This document shows, one piece after another, positions 25,909 through 35,516 of a DNA stretch of 64,000 nt. The position numbers and the translations under genes were made by a program. Below the pieces are notes generated by a model. The model made no database searches, was not told the origin of the DNA, and saw only the letters and a program-made list of their open reading frames with translations. The stretch is from an uncultured Oscillospiraceae bacterium. Its GTDB lineage: Bacteria; Bacillota; Clostridia; Oscillospirales; Butyricicoccaceae. Position 1 is the first letter of the stretch; every line of letters starts with the position of its first letter. The stretch lies in NCBI GenBank assembly GCA_964370735.1, contig CAYJLC010000004.1, positions 30,824 to 94,823 on the forward strand, written 5' to 3'.

Positions 25909-26733
25909 TTATTCTAAATTCAATTTTTTGCTAAAGATATACACAGTAGAAATATAATAACCAATAGAAAGAATTAAGAAGACGATACCAATTATAATAT
26001 ACTGCATATTAATAATGCTCCAAATTTCTGCATCTGTTGCGTAATTAATATTATTTGACCCTGCAAACATAAATACAAAAGTAATAACAGAAGTTATAGA
26101 TTGAATTACAGTATAAACTATAAAAAATGTTAAAATAGACGCCACAATTTTATTTTTAAATAAACTTCCGACAGCTATTGAGAAATAAAACATTAAAACT
26201 GAGTAGAAAACAGAAACTACTGAGATAAAGATATAGCTTCCGATAAGTCCTTGCATACCATTTTCTTCAATAAGCAATGGTAATTCATACATAAATGCAC
26301 GATAAAATTCGCCCATACTTATTTCATTAATTTGTTCGAATAAAATAATGTTAAAACAGATAATTCCTGTAATAATATACACAAGATATGAAACAACATT
26401 AAGTGTAACTGCTGTAATAAGTTTAGAAAGCACTAGAGAATTTGCAGTTACAGGCAGTGAATGCATAAGATAGCCTTCATTTGAAACTAAATTTCTGTAA
26501 AATCTATAAACTGGGAAGATGTAAACCGCGGTGCTCACTACAAATAACCCAAGTAGTAGAATAAATGGTGAAAGTGCTGTATAAAACATCACGATATCAT
26601 TATCAGGGAAAAATTCGTATAACATACGCAAAACACTAGTTAAACTAACTGTTATAACTATAACAAGCGCAAATACAGGCAAAAATACCTTAAACATATC
26701 ACGAAATTCGTATTTTAATAATTTTCCTAACAT
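25909..26733 (-). CDS. ABC-2 type transporter membrane protein
   Basis: It is a polytopic membrane protein. It overlaps the upstream ATPase gene by 7 nt, in a ytrA-like operon layout. Confidence 0.7.
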   Translation of the reverse strand: MLGKLLKYEFRDMFKVFLPVFALVIVITVSLTSVLRMLYEFFPDNDIVMFYTALSPFILLLGLFVVSTAVYIFPVYRFYRNLVSNEGYLMHSLPVTANSLVLSKLITAVTLNVVSYLVYIITGIICFNIILFEQINEISMGEFYRAFMYELPLLIEENGMQGLIGSYIFISVVSVFYSVLMFYFSIAVGSLFKNKIVASILTFFIVYTVIQSITSVITFVFMFAGSNNINYATDAEIWSIINMQYIIIGIVFLILSIGYYISTVYIFSKKLNLE

Positions 26734-27422
26734 CTGTATACCTCCCTAAATAACGAATCGACACTTTTTCCATATTGCTCTCTAATATGGTCGACTGTTG
26801 AAATAAGGCCGATTCGAGCATAATTTATGAAAACTATATCATCAAGTATACCTTCGATATCATTGATTAAATGCGTGCTTATGATAACGGTTGCATTTGG
26901 GTTGTAATTTCTAATAATAGTTTGTAAAATATAATCTCTTGAGGCAGGGTCTACGCCACCAATGGGCTCATCTAGCAGATAAACTTCGGCATTACGCGAC
27001 ATTACCAAAACAAGCTGTACTTTTTCTTTCATACCTTTTGAAAGAGTCTTATATTTTAATTCTGGGTCGATTTTTAAATCACTTAATAAAGCATAAGCCT
27101 TATTTGTGTCAAAATCTAAGTAGAAATCTTGATAAAATTTAATAATATCTTTAATTTTTTGGCTTTTTGGCAAATATTCTTTGTCAGGAAGATATGCCAC
27201 TTTACTTTTTGTTGTTGGTGATGGTGGTTGACCATTTATTAAAACTTCTCCATTTTGCGGAGTTAGAAGTCCTGTAATTAGCTTAATAAGTGTTGTTTTA
27301 CCACTACCGTTTGGTCCTAATAGACCTACAATTCTGCCACTGTGAAAAGCGATATTAACATTATCTAATGCTACTTTTGAACCATATTTCTTTGTGACAT
27401 TTTTAAGTTCAACTATTGCCAT
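26727..27422 (-). CDS. ABC transporter ATP-binding protein
   Basis: Walker A GPNGSGKTT, signature LSKGMKEK and Walker B VYLLDEP are present. Confidence 0.95.
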   Translation of the reverse strand: MAIVELKNVTKKYGSKVALDNVNIAFHSGRIVGLLGPNGSGKTTLIKLITGLLTPQNGEVLINGQPPSPTTKSKVAYLPDKEYLPKSQKIKDIIKFYQDFYLDFDTNKAYALLSDLKIDPELKYKTLSKGMKEKVQLVLVMSRNAEVYLLDEPIGGVDPASRDYILQTIIRNYNPNATVIISTHLINDIEGILDDIVFINYARIGLISTVDHIREQYGKSVDSLFREVYRC

Positions 27423-27783
27423 TGTTATCCCTCATTTCTAAAATATACTCTATTACTTCGTCACTTTGGATGCCTAGGGCATTCATTTTTGACAAAAACT
27501 CCTCTACATTTTTATGAACTAAAAATTTGCGTTGGTTTCTAAGCAAATTTTCGTCATTTGTAACAACCCTACCTTGAGTTCCTAGCGAAATTAAAAGCCC
27601 CATTCTTTCAAGTTCGGAAAGAGATTTTTGACAAGTGTTCGGATTTATCTTGAAAAATTCGGCAAGCTCTCTTACGGATGGAAATCTAGAACCGATAGGA
27701 TATTTGCCACATAGAATTTCGACGCTAAGCAAGTCGACCACTTGAATATAGATAGGCGTATCGTTTGAAAATACAGTGTTCAT
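27409..27783 (-). CDS. GntR family transcriptional regulator (YtrA subfamily)
   Basis: ..PIYIQVVDLLSVEILCGKYPIGSRFPSVRELAEFFKINPNTCQKSLSELE.. is present. The start at 27783 follows GGAGGTG. The 15-codon track extension lacks an RBS. Confidence 0.9.
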   Translation of the reverse strand: MNTVFSNDTPIYIQVVDLLSVEILCGKYPIGSRFPSVRELAEFFKINPNTCQKSLSELERMGLLISLGTQGRVVTNDENLLRNQRKFLVHKNVEEFLSKMNALGIQSDEVIEYILEMRDNNGNS

Positions 27784-27918
27784 AATCTCACCTCCATCGT
27801 GTATTACTGTACTAACATAATAATACACGATTTTTCTGAAATTGTCAATAGGTTTTAGGAAAAAAGTTGCATAAATTGAAAATTATCATCATAGCTTTTA
27901 AATAAAGGAGTGATATAT

Positions 27919-28428
27919 ATGTTTATGTATACTGCAAAAGTTACAAAATTTAGAATTATTGTGTTTATTTTAGCTGTTGCTATAATAATTAGTGCAATAA
28001 TTATGCTAATTCCAAATGAGCCGAACGCCGATGAAACATTAAACGAACAAATGCTAGAGGCTACTATGGCGTCCATTACGGTTTCGGGGATTGAAACGAA
28101 TGATGACCGAATTATTTTCCTGAATGAGAAGGGTTTAGAGGTTTCTGAAACGGAAATTGATAAGAAAACCATTCAAATTCCATCGGAATTTAATGAAACT
28201 TATGAAAAATATAATGAATTACAAAAAATGCAGGGATTTGATTTGTCAAAATTTCAAGGAAAAACTGTGGAACTTTATGTTTATGAGGTGCTAAATTATC
28301 CGGATACGGAAGAGGAAATTCACGCAAATATTTTGATTTATAAAAATAAAATTATCGGCGGAGATGTTTCGAGTGTAAACATAGATGGGTTTATCGAAGG
28401 ATTTTCGAAAGAAACTTTGGCAGGATAA
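27919..28428 (+). CDS. DUF4830-like membrane-anchored protein
   Basis: It has an N-terminal TM. The C-terminal part ..YEKYNELQKMQGFDLSKFQGKTVELYVYEVLNYP..ANILIYKNKIIGGDV.. recalls DUF4830. The ATG at 27919 lies 8 nt after AGGAG. Confidence 0.5.
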   Translation: MFMYTAKVTKFRIIVFILAVAIIISAIIMLIPNEPNADETLNEQMLEATMASITVSGIETNDDRIIFLNEKGLEVSETEIDKKTIQIPSEFNETYEKYNELQKMQGFDLSKFQGKTVELYVYEVLNYPDTEEEIHANILIYKNKIIGGDVSSVNIDGFIEGFSKETLAG

Positions 28429-28497
28429 CACTAAAAACTTGATTTTTTAATATAATTATGGTACAATTTATATAAAAAATTAGGAAATGGTGGAAAA

Positions 28498-29229
28498 ATG
28501 ATAAGACTTGATAAATTTCTTGTAAACCTAGGATATGGTACGAGAACTGAAATAAAAGAGAGCGCTAGACGTGGATTAATTTTTATAAATGGTAAAAAAG
28601 CAGTAAAAACAGACATAAAAGTTAATGAACATACGGATATTGTAGAATATGATGACGAAATTGTTGTATATAGACCGCATATTTATCTTATGCTTAATAA
28701 AAAAGCAGGCTATGTGACAGCGAATTCTGACCCTGATAGCCCAACGATTTTTGATTTAATTCCTGACGAGTACAAAAGACCAGATATGTCTGCGGTAGGA
28801 AGACTGGATAAGGACACAGAAGGCCTACTTCTTGTCACTACGGATGGAGATATGAACCATCGTTTGATGTCACCAAAACGCCACGTTGACAAAGTTTACT
28901 ATGTAGAAACTGATGGCAAAATTTTAGAAGAACACATAAAAATCTTTGAAAATGGCATTGAATTTCGTGATGGAACGAAGCTAAAGCCTGCAAAATTAGA
29001 AATTTTAACTGAAAATACAGCGAAAGTTACGATTTCTGAGGGGAAATATCATCAAGTAAAAAATATGTTTCGCGTAATAGATATGAATGTAACATACCTA
29101 AAACGTGTGAAAATTGCAAATTTATCGCTTGATATTAGCCTTGGACTTGGCGAGTGTCGCGAGCTTGAATTTGAGGAAGAAATGTATCTAAAAGAGATTA
29201 CTGGCATCATCAAAAGAACGGTGAGATAG
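28498..29229 (+). CDS. RsuA/RluB-family rRNA pseudouridine synthase
   Basis: It has an S4 domain (RLDKFLVNLGYGTRTE..). The catalytic motif is GRLDKDTEGLLLVTTDG. Confidence 0.9.
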   Translation: MIRLDKFLVNLGYGTRTEIKESARRGLIFINGKKAVKTDIKVNEHTDIVEYDDEIVVYRPHIYLMLNKKAGYVTANSDPDSPTIFDLIPDEYKRPDMSAVGRLDKDTEGLLLVTTDGDMNHRLMSPKRHVDKVYYVETDGKILEEHIKIFENGIEFRDGTKLKPAKLEILTENTAKVTISEGKYHQVKNMFRVIDMNVTYLKRVKIANLSLDISLGLGECRELEFEEEMYLKEITGIIKRTVR

Positions 29230-29230
29230 T

Positions 29231-29563
29231 ATGCAAATTTTAGGTTTGGGGACGGATATAGTCGAGATTTCTCGAATTAGAGCGTCTATCGAAAACGAGC
29301 ACTTTATAAAGCGATTTTTCACCGAAAATGAGATGAAATATGCAGAAAATAAAACAAATCGCGAGCAAACTTATGCGGGGATTTTTTGTGCGAAAGAAAG
29401 CATTGTTAAAGCTTATGGAACGGGTTTTCGTGATATAAAATTTGTCGATATCGAGATTTTGCACGACGAGCTTGGAAAGCCTTTTTCAAACGATAAAAAT
29501 ATAATTTTAACCATTTCACATTGCAAAGAATATGCAACTGCAACTGCAATTTTTTGGGGGTAA
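29231..29563 (+). CDS. acpS: Holo-[acyl-carrier-protein] synthase
   Basis: ILGLGTDIVEISRI.. and ..FCAKESIVKAYG.. motifs are present. Length is 110 aa. Confidence 0.9.
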   Translation: MQILGLGTDIVEISRIRASIENEHFIKRFFTENEMKYAENKTNREQTYAGIFCAKESIVKAYGTGFRDIKFVDIEILHDELGKPFSNDKNIILTISHCKEYATATAIFWG

Positions 29564-29565
29564 AA

Positions 29566-30102
29566 ATGAAAAAACTTCTCTTTTTAGCGATTATTTTGCT
29601 AATTTCTGGCTGTGAAAAAGCAGTGGATTTAGAGGAAGTTGAAAACGATGTGAGAGAACATTTTGAGCATCTTGAAACAGCAAATTTTGGTGCGATTATT
29701 GTGACTAGCATTTATGACAAAACCGCGGAATTTGAAGTTGATTTCACATATAATCAGGTCGAAAATGACGTGGTAACGATAGTAAAACCAGAAAATATAG
29801 CTGGAATTACATCGGAAATTGAAAAAAATGAAGGAAATTTGAAAATTACATTCGAAGATGTGTCTATCGAAACGCTTATGCAGGATAATTTGGGTATAAA
29901 TCCGAATGATGTCTTGAGTTTTGCGATTTTTGATTTAATAAATTCGAAACCGAATTATATTGTGGTTGATGAGGAAATAAAGTTAAATTTTTCAAGTGGT
30001 GAAATTTCGAAAAATATCTTTCTAAATCGTGAAAATTATGATATAATAAGTATTGAAGGTTATATTTCTGACGAAATGGTAATCTTGCTTACTACGACTT
30101 AA
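29566..30102 (+). CDS. Lipoprotein (occupies the position of B. subtilis ydcC)
   Basis: MKKLLFLAIILLISGC contains a lipobox. The ATG at 29566 lies just after the acpS stop. No homology is claimed beyond position. Confidence 0.6.
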   Translation: MKKLLFLAIILLISGCEKAVDLEEVENDVREHFEHLETANFGAIIVTSIYDKTAEFEVDFTYNQVENDVVTIVKPENIAGITSEIEKNEGNLKITFEDVSIETLMQDNLGINPNDVLSFAIFDLINSKPNYIVVDEEIKLNFSSGEISKNIFLNRENYDIISIEGYISDEMVILLTTT

Positions 30103-30133
30103 TGCAGTGTGAAATTGCAAAACTGGAGAATTT

Positions 30134-31240
30134 ATGGTTAATAAAGATAGAACTTGGGCTGAAATTAGCCTTAAAAACATCGAAAAAAACTTAAATTTAA
30201 TAAAAAAACACACAAAAACAAAAGTTATGTGTATTGTAAAAGCCGATGCTTATGGGCATGGGCTTATGCAAGTTTCTGGCGCTTTAGCAAGGGCATCGGC
30301 GGATTATTTCGGTGTTGCAACACTTTCTGAGGCGATTTTGCTTAGGCAATCTGGCTTGGATACACCGATTTTGTTACTAGGATTTTTCGAGGAGCAGTAT
30401 GCTACCGATATTATCGAAAATAATATTACGACTACTGTTTATGAAAAAGACACTGCCGAAATACTTTCTAAATGTGCGAAAAAACTAGGTAAAATCGCAA
30501 AAATTCACATTAAAGTCGACACAGGAATGTCGAGATTAGGCTTTTTGCATTATGAAAATTTAATCTCGGAAATTTGTGAAATTTATAATATGGAAAATTT
30601 AGAACTCGAAGGTATTTTTACACATTTTTCTGTTGCAGACAACCCTGCGATGGAGGAATTTACAAATAATCAGGCAAAAAGATTTGAAAATCTATGTGAA
30701 AACCTTGAAAAAGAGGGAATTTTCTTTAAACTAAAGCATATTAGTGCATCTTCTGCGTTAATTCAATACGAGCATCTGAGATACGATATGGTAAGGGCAG
30801 GGATTGCACTTTTTGGGTACTATCCGGACGAAAATATTGACAAAACCATTGATTTAGAGCCTTGTATGACGCTTTATTCGCGAATTGCACAGGTGAAAAC
30901 GTTGAAAACTGGCGAAAGTGTTAGTTACGGCAGACGATATACGGCTGATACGGATAAAAAAATCGCGATTGTTTCTATTGGCTATGCCGATGGTTATTTT
31001 AGGGCGAATACGAATGTTGCGTATATGCTTGTAAATGGCAAAAAAGCAAAGGTTTTAGGCTCGGTTTGTATGGATATGACGGTGATTGATGTTACCGATT
31101 GTGGACAAGTGAAAAAGGGAGATAAAGTTGTTGTTTTCGGAGAAAATGGCTTGTTTGCGAATGATTTAGCAGAGTTTTCGAACACAATTACTTACGAAGT
31201 TTTATGTGCTGTCAGCAAAAGAGTGCCAAGGATATACTAA
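30134..31240 (+). CDS. alr: Alanine racemase
   Basis: The PLP-lysine motif VKADAYGHG is present. ..SRLGF.., ..GIFTHF.. and ..GYADGY.. are also present. Confidence 0.95.
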   Translation: MVNKDRTWAEISLKNIEKNLNLIKKHTKTKVMCIVKADAYGHGLMQVSGALARASADYFGVATLSEAILLRQSGLDTPILLLGFFEEQYATDIIENNITTTVYEKDTAEILSKCAKKLGKIAKIHIKVDTGMSRLGFLHYENLISEICEIYNMENLELEGIFTHFSVADNPAMEEFTNNQAKRFENLCENLEKEGIFFKLKHISASSALIQYEHLRYDMVRAGIALFGYYPDENIDKTIDLEPCMTLYSRIAQVKTLKTGESVSYGRRYTADTDKKIAIVSIGYADGYFRANTNVAYMLVNGKKAKVLGSVCMDMTVIDVTDCGQVKKGDKVVVFGENGLFANDLAEFSNTITYEVLCAVSKRVPRIY

Positions 31241-31242
31241 TA

Positions 31243-31470
31243 CCTGACGTGCACGCAATTGCTTCGCAATGTATTGACAAAGTTTTCGGAAAACCTAAAT
31301 TGCCTGTCGGTGCAACCGACCACCTGACGTGCACGCAATTGCTTCACAATGTATTGACAAAGTTTTCGGAAAAACCAAAATTGCCTGTCGGTGCTACCGA
31401 CCCTGACGTGCACGCGTTTTGTTTCGACGAAGTTTTTAGAAAACTAAACTTACCTGTCACCGTTTGTAAC
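31243..31470 (+). repeat. Noncoding tandem repeat, ~80-nt unit x about 2.8
   Basis: Units span 31243-31322 and 31323-31401 and are near-identical. A degenerate third unit starts at 31402. Each unit has CCTGACGTGCACGCA, the hairpin ATTGC-ttc-GCAAT, TTGACA-N16-TAAATT, and the hairpin GTCGGT-gcw-ACCGAC. Confidence 0.85.
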
Positions 31471-31615
31471 GAAAAACATACATTAACAAAAAAACTAAAA
31501 ATCGCATAATATAAAGTGTAGCTTATTTAGGTTAAAATATTTTTAAAAAATATGATTAAAACCGAGATAATTGTGGGAAACTAACATAAAAGAATTCCTA
31601 CGGAGAGTGAAACTT

Positions 31616-31969
31616 ATGGAGCAAATAAAACGAGGAGATATTTATTATGCAGATTTAAGCCCAGTTGTAGGTTCAGAACAAGGTGGAGTACGCCCTGTTT
31701 TGATAGTTCAAAATAATATCGGCAATAAATACAGCCCAACTGTTATAGCAGCCGCTATTACTTCGCAAATTAATAAAGCGAAAATGCCTACACATATTGA
31801 GATTGAAGCAAAACAATACGGACTTACAAAAGATTCTGTAATACTTATGGAACAGATTAGAACAATTGATAAGAAAAGATTAAAAGAAAAAATGGGTACA
31901 CTTGATATGAAATCTATAACTCAAGTGAACGAAGCTTTAGCTGTGAGCTTTGGTTTATCCGAAGAATAG
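31616..31969 (+). CDS. mazF: MazF/EndoA (PemK-family) mRNA interferase toxin
   Basis: [80 protein letters not shown] is very close to my recollection of B. subtilis EndoA. The ATG at 31616 follows GGAGAG. Confidence 0.9.
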   Translation: MEQIKRGDIYYADLSPVVGSEQGGVRPVLIVQNNIGNKYSPTVIAAAITSQINKAKMPTHIEIEAKQYGLTKDSVILMEQIRTIDKKRLKEKMGTLDMKSITQVNEALAVSFGLSEE

Positions 31970-31978
31970 GAGTAAAAT

Positions 31979-32512
31979 ATGAAGAATTTTAAACCAATTT
32001 TAATTACGAGCATGCTTGCTACGCTTATGATTTCAGGCTATTTTGCAGTTTCTGCTGAATACGGCTCTAAGGATGACCCACTTGTCAGCCTTAGCTACAT
32101 AAAAGAGATAATTTTACCTCAAACAGAAGCTATGATTGAAGAAAAACTAGCAAATAGTAATTCTAATATCAATATTTCTGAGGTTTTAGATAGTTTAGAT
32201 ACAAATTATTTAACACTTGTTAGTGATGAAACTTTTATTGATTCTGTTTCAAAAAATGTATCACCAGTAACATCTTCGGTGCTTAATTTATCTTCAGAAC
32301 AGACACTTCATTTAAGCACAGGAAGTGAAGTTTTGCTACGCACAGGTGGGCTTACTATGACTTCTGGTTCGGCTTTAAATGCAACAACGGCTGAAAACGC
32401 AGGTGCAACCATTGCAATCGACAATTTATACATAACAACAGCGAATGATACTACGATGAAATCTAGTGCTAATACAACAGTAATAGTTTTTGGGAAATAT
32501 GAATTAAAATAA
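31979..32512 (+). CDS. Secreted protein of unknown function
   Basis: It has a signal peptide/TM (ILITSMLATLMISGYFAVSA). A DPLVSLSYI motif and a Thr/Ser/Ala-rich C-terminal half are present. It starts 10 nt after the mazF stop, with an AGGAG RBS. Confidence 0.6.
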   Translation: MKNFKPILITSMLATLMISGYFAVSAEYGSKDDPLVSLSYIKEIILPQTEAMIEEKLANSNSNINISEVLDSLDTNYLTLVSDETFIDSVSKNVSPVTSSVLNLSSEQTLHLSTGSEVLLRTGGLTMTSGSALNATTAENAGATIAIDNLYITTANDTTMKSSANTTVIVFGKYELK

Positions 32513-32518
32513 GAATTT

Positions 32519-32549
32519 AAGGACGAACCGAAAGGAACGTCCTTTTTTG
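32519..32549 (+). terminator. Rho-independent terminator
   Basis: AAGGACG..CGTCCTT stem followed by TTTTGT. Confidence 0.6.
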
Positions 32550-32702
32550 TGTGAAATGCTGAAATATAGGGATAAAATCGCTTATTGTCAACACATATTT
32601 ATCACAATAAATTAATTAGAAAATATGCAAGTTTTTATTGAAAAAAATGTCTTTTTATGGTATTATATTTATTGGTAGTCAAATTTTAGACAAGGTGATT
32701 TT

Positions 32703-34916
32703 ATGGAAGAAATTTTAAGTTTTATTGGCACAGTTGTGGCTATAATATATGAAAACGAGCAAAATGGTTATGCTGTCATAAAACTTCAGTCTGATGAAGG
32801 CGAAGAAATCACTGCAAACGGAATTATGCCGGGCATAGCTTGTGGAGAAAAGATTGAAGCTTTTGGAAATTGGCAAACACATAAAACCTATGGGTTTCAA
32901 TTTTTAGTGGAAACTTACGAAGTTAGTTTGCCTTCGACAGAAAAAGGCATGATTGACTACTTAGGAAGTGGAATTATCAAAGGAATTGGTAGGAAACTAG
33001 CAGAAAAAATCGTTGATAACTTCGGACTTTCGACTTTTGAAATTATTGCAAATAATCCGAATGCTTTAGCAGATATAGACGGAATTTCGGTTAAAAAAGC
33101 GTATACTATATCACAAAATTTTGCAAAAATTACACATATTCGTTTTATTATTGACTTTTTGATTGAATATAGCTTGCCTATTGAAGTGGCGAGCAAGGCG
33201 TATAAACGTTTTTCTGACGATGCTGTAAATATTATGACGGAAAATCCGTATATTTTATGCGATGATTATTTCGGAGTAGATTTTTTGAAAATCGATGAAA
33301 TAGCAGATAGTTTGGGCGTTGATAGAGAGAGCGATATGCGTTCGAAAGCAGGAGTTTTGTATGTTTTGCGTCATAATTTGACAAATGGGCATTCATTTAT
33401 TCCTCTTGAAAAGCTTAAATCTGCGACAAGTTCTCTTTTGGAACAAGAAATTGACCAAATTACACAAAATATCGAAGAACTTATGTTAGAAAATTCGATT
33501 TTTATTGAAAATATTGCAAATGTATCGGCAGTTTACTTAAATTATATGTATTATACAGAAGATTATGTAAGCCGGTATTTGTTGGCGTTTGAAGAGTATG
33601 CTAATAAAATTGACATAAATATTGACGAGTTTATCGGCGAAATAGAGATGGAACTCGGGAAAACTTATGAGGAAAGCCAAAAAAATGCGCTACGTTATGT
33701 AGCAAGTGGTGGCGTTTTTATCCTTACAGGTGGACCGGGTACAGGAAAAACTACAACTGTCGAGGGTATAATTCACGTTTTAGAGGCGATGGGTCTTTCT
33801 GTGGAACTTTGTGCACCTACTGGTCGTGCGGCTAAGCGCATGAGCGAGGTTTGTGGAAGGGAAGCTAAGACTATTCATAGGCTACTTGAGCCGAATTATG
33901 ATATGGACAGTTCGAAGATGGTTTTTGCAAAAAATGAGGAAAATAAAATTGAAACTGATGCAATAATTGTCGACGAAGCGTCTATGATTGACATAAATTT
34001 AATCGAGGGGCTTTTAAAAGCATTAAAATTCGGTACAAAAATAATTTTTGTAGGTGACCCAGACCAATTGCCCCCTGTGGGTGCTGGCAATTTCTTATCA
34101 GATGTAATTTCTTCAGGGAGATTTAATGTGATAAGCCTTACAGAAGTATTTAGACAGGCAAAAGAGAGCCTTATTGTCCTTAATGCACATAATGTTAATC
34201 GTGGGCAAGGGCTACTTCCGGCAAAAAAAGATGGAGATTTCTTTTTTAAGCATCTAGATAATGAAGGAGAAATGCTTGATGAGGTGGTTTCGCTTTGCAA
34301 AGAGCGACTTGTGAAACATTATTCTATAAATCAGGCACAAATACAGGTTATTTCGCCATCGAAAAAAAATAAAGCTGGAACAATTTCAATAAATCAGCGT
34401 TTGCAAGAAACGCTAAACCCAGCTAAAGATAAACTACCAGAGAAAAGATTTGGGAATTTAATCTTTAGACAGGGCGATAAAGTTATGCAAATTCGCAATA
34501 ATTATGATATTATGTGGATTAAAGGCGATACAAGTGGTATTGGTATTTTTAATGGAGAAATCGGTGAAATTATAAAAATCGATATGCTTTCGGAAACATT
34601 ATCAATAAATTTCGACGATAAAATCGCACTTTATTCGTTTGAGATGCTAAATGAACTGGATTTAGCATACGCGCTTACAGTTCATAAATCTCAGGGTAGC
34701 GAATTTGATGTCGTGGTTATGGTTATTCCGAATAATATCGGAAATTTAATGACGAGAAATGTTTTATATACTGGTATAACTCGTGCAAAAAAACTTCTAG
34801 TTTTGGTTGGTGACAAAGAGGCTTTATGCAAAATGATTGAAAATAATCGTAAGCGTAAGCGTTATAGTGGACTTAAAATTAGAATTATCGGTACATCGGA
34901 GGACGCTATTGTTTAA
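32703..34916 (+). CDS. recD2: RecD2-type SF1B ATP-dependent DNA helicase
   Basis: Walker A GGPGTGKTT is present. ..IIVDEASMID.., ..VGDPDQLPPVGAG.. and the C-terminal ..YALTVHKSQGSEF.. motifs are also present. Confidence 0.9.
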   Translation: MEEILSFIGTVVAIIYENEQNGYAVIKLQSDEGEEITANGIMPGIACGEKIEAFGNWQTHKTYGFQFLVETYEVSLPSTEKGMIDYLGSGIIKGIGRKLAEKIVDNFGLSTFEIIANNPNALADIDGISVKKAYTISQNFAKITHIRFIIDFLIEYSLPIEVASKAYKRFSDDAVNIMTENPYILCDDYFGVDFLKIDEIADSLGVDRESDMRSKAGVLYVLRHNLTNGHSFIPLEKLKSATSSLLEQEIDQITQNIEELMLENSIFIENIANVSAVYLNYMYYTEDYVSRYLLAFEEYANKIDINIDEFIGEIEMELGKTYEESQKNALRYVASGGVFILTGGPGTGKTTTVEGIIHVLEAMGLSVELCAPTGRAAKRMSEVCGREAKTIHRLLEPNYDMDSSKMVFAKNEENKIETDAIIVDEASMIDINLIEGLLKALKFGTKIIFVGDPDQLPPVGAGNFLSDVISSGRFNVISLTEVFRQAKESLIVLNAHNVNRGQGLLPAKKDGDFFFKHLDNEGEMLDEVVSLCKERLVKHYSINQAQIQVISPSKKNKAGTISINQRLQETLNPAKDKLPEKRFGNLIFRQGDKVMQIRNNYDIMWIKGDTSGIGIFNGEIGEIIKIDMLSETLSINFDDKIALYSFEMLNELDLAYALTVHKSQGSEFDVVVMVIPNNIGNLMTRNVLYTGITRAKKLLVLVGDKEALCKMIENNRKRKRYSGLKIRIIGTSEDAIV

Positions 34917-35466
34917 AGAAAGTTGTATTATATGCAAAAAAGAGGGGACTACCCTTTGCGAAAATTGCAAAAATGATATTTCATCGTTAAAGCTTTTAGA
35001 AAAAGACGAGATAAGATATCTATATAAATATGATGAACCTTTAAGAACTGCGTTTAAAAGATATAAATTTAACGGAAAAAAGCATTATTCTAAAACTTTT
35101 TCCTGTATATTTTTAAAGGATTTGGACTATGATGAAATAGACATAATTACTTATATTCCAATTTCTTTTAAGAGATATCACGAGCGAGGCTATAATCAAG
35201 TTTTGGAAATTTTGAAATTTTCAAAGTTTAAAGCTATAAAAACATTGCATAAAAGGCATAGAAAAAGACAGTCGGAGCTAAATGCTATTGACAGAGAAAA
35301 GAATGCAAAAAATTCATTTGTTGTGATAAAAAATGTTAAAGGCAAGAAAATTCTGCTTTTTGACGATATTTTAACGACAGGTGCGACAATTAATTCGGCG
35401 AAAAATGCACTGCTTAAAGCAGGCGCGAAATCAGTGGACATCATAATTTTTATGAAAGCCATATAA
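34909..35466 (+). CDS. comFC: ComF family protein (ComFC-like phosphoribosyltransferase)
   Basis: The N-terminus has a Cys4 finger (CIICKKEG..CENC). The PRTase motif is ILLFDDILTTGATI. The TTG at 34909 lies 5 nt after GGAGGA and overlaps the recD2 stop. Confidence 0.8.
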   Translation: MFKESCIICKKEGTTLCENCKNDISSLKLLEKDEIRYLYKYDEPLRTAFKRYKFNGKKHYSKTFSCIFLKDLDYDEIDIITYIPISFKRYHERGYNQVLEILKFSKFKAIKTLHKRHRKRQSELNAIDREKNAKNSFVVIKNVKGKKILLFDDILTTGATINSAKNALLKAGAKSVDIIIFMKAI

Positions 35467-35516
35467 ATAAGATTACTATTTTTAGTATATAAATGAAATT
35501 TAACAAGAGGTGTAAA

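Noticed and set aside
31243-31470. The tandem repeat considered as a CRISPR array.
   Set aside because: The units are contiguous ~80-nt repeats with no unique spacers. There are only about 2.8 copies, and no cas genes are in the window.
31204-31509. A 101-aa ORF spans the alr-mazF spacer. I considered it as a possible unconventional antitoxin.
   Set aside because: It overlaps the 3' end of alr and has no RBS. It shows no MazE/RHH/AbrB-like features. It is generated by the tandem repeat: the repeat units are offset by 80 nt with a compensating 1-nt indel, so equivalent DNA is read in different frames. That argues against coding constraint.
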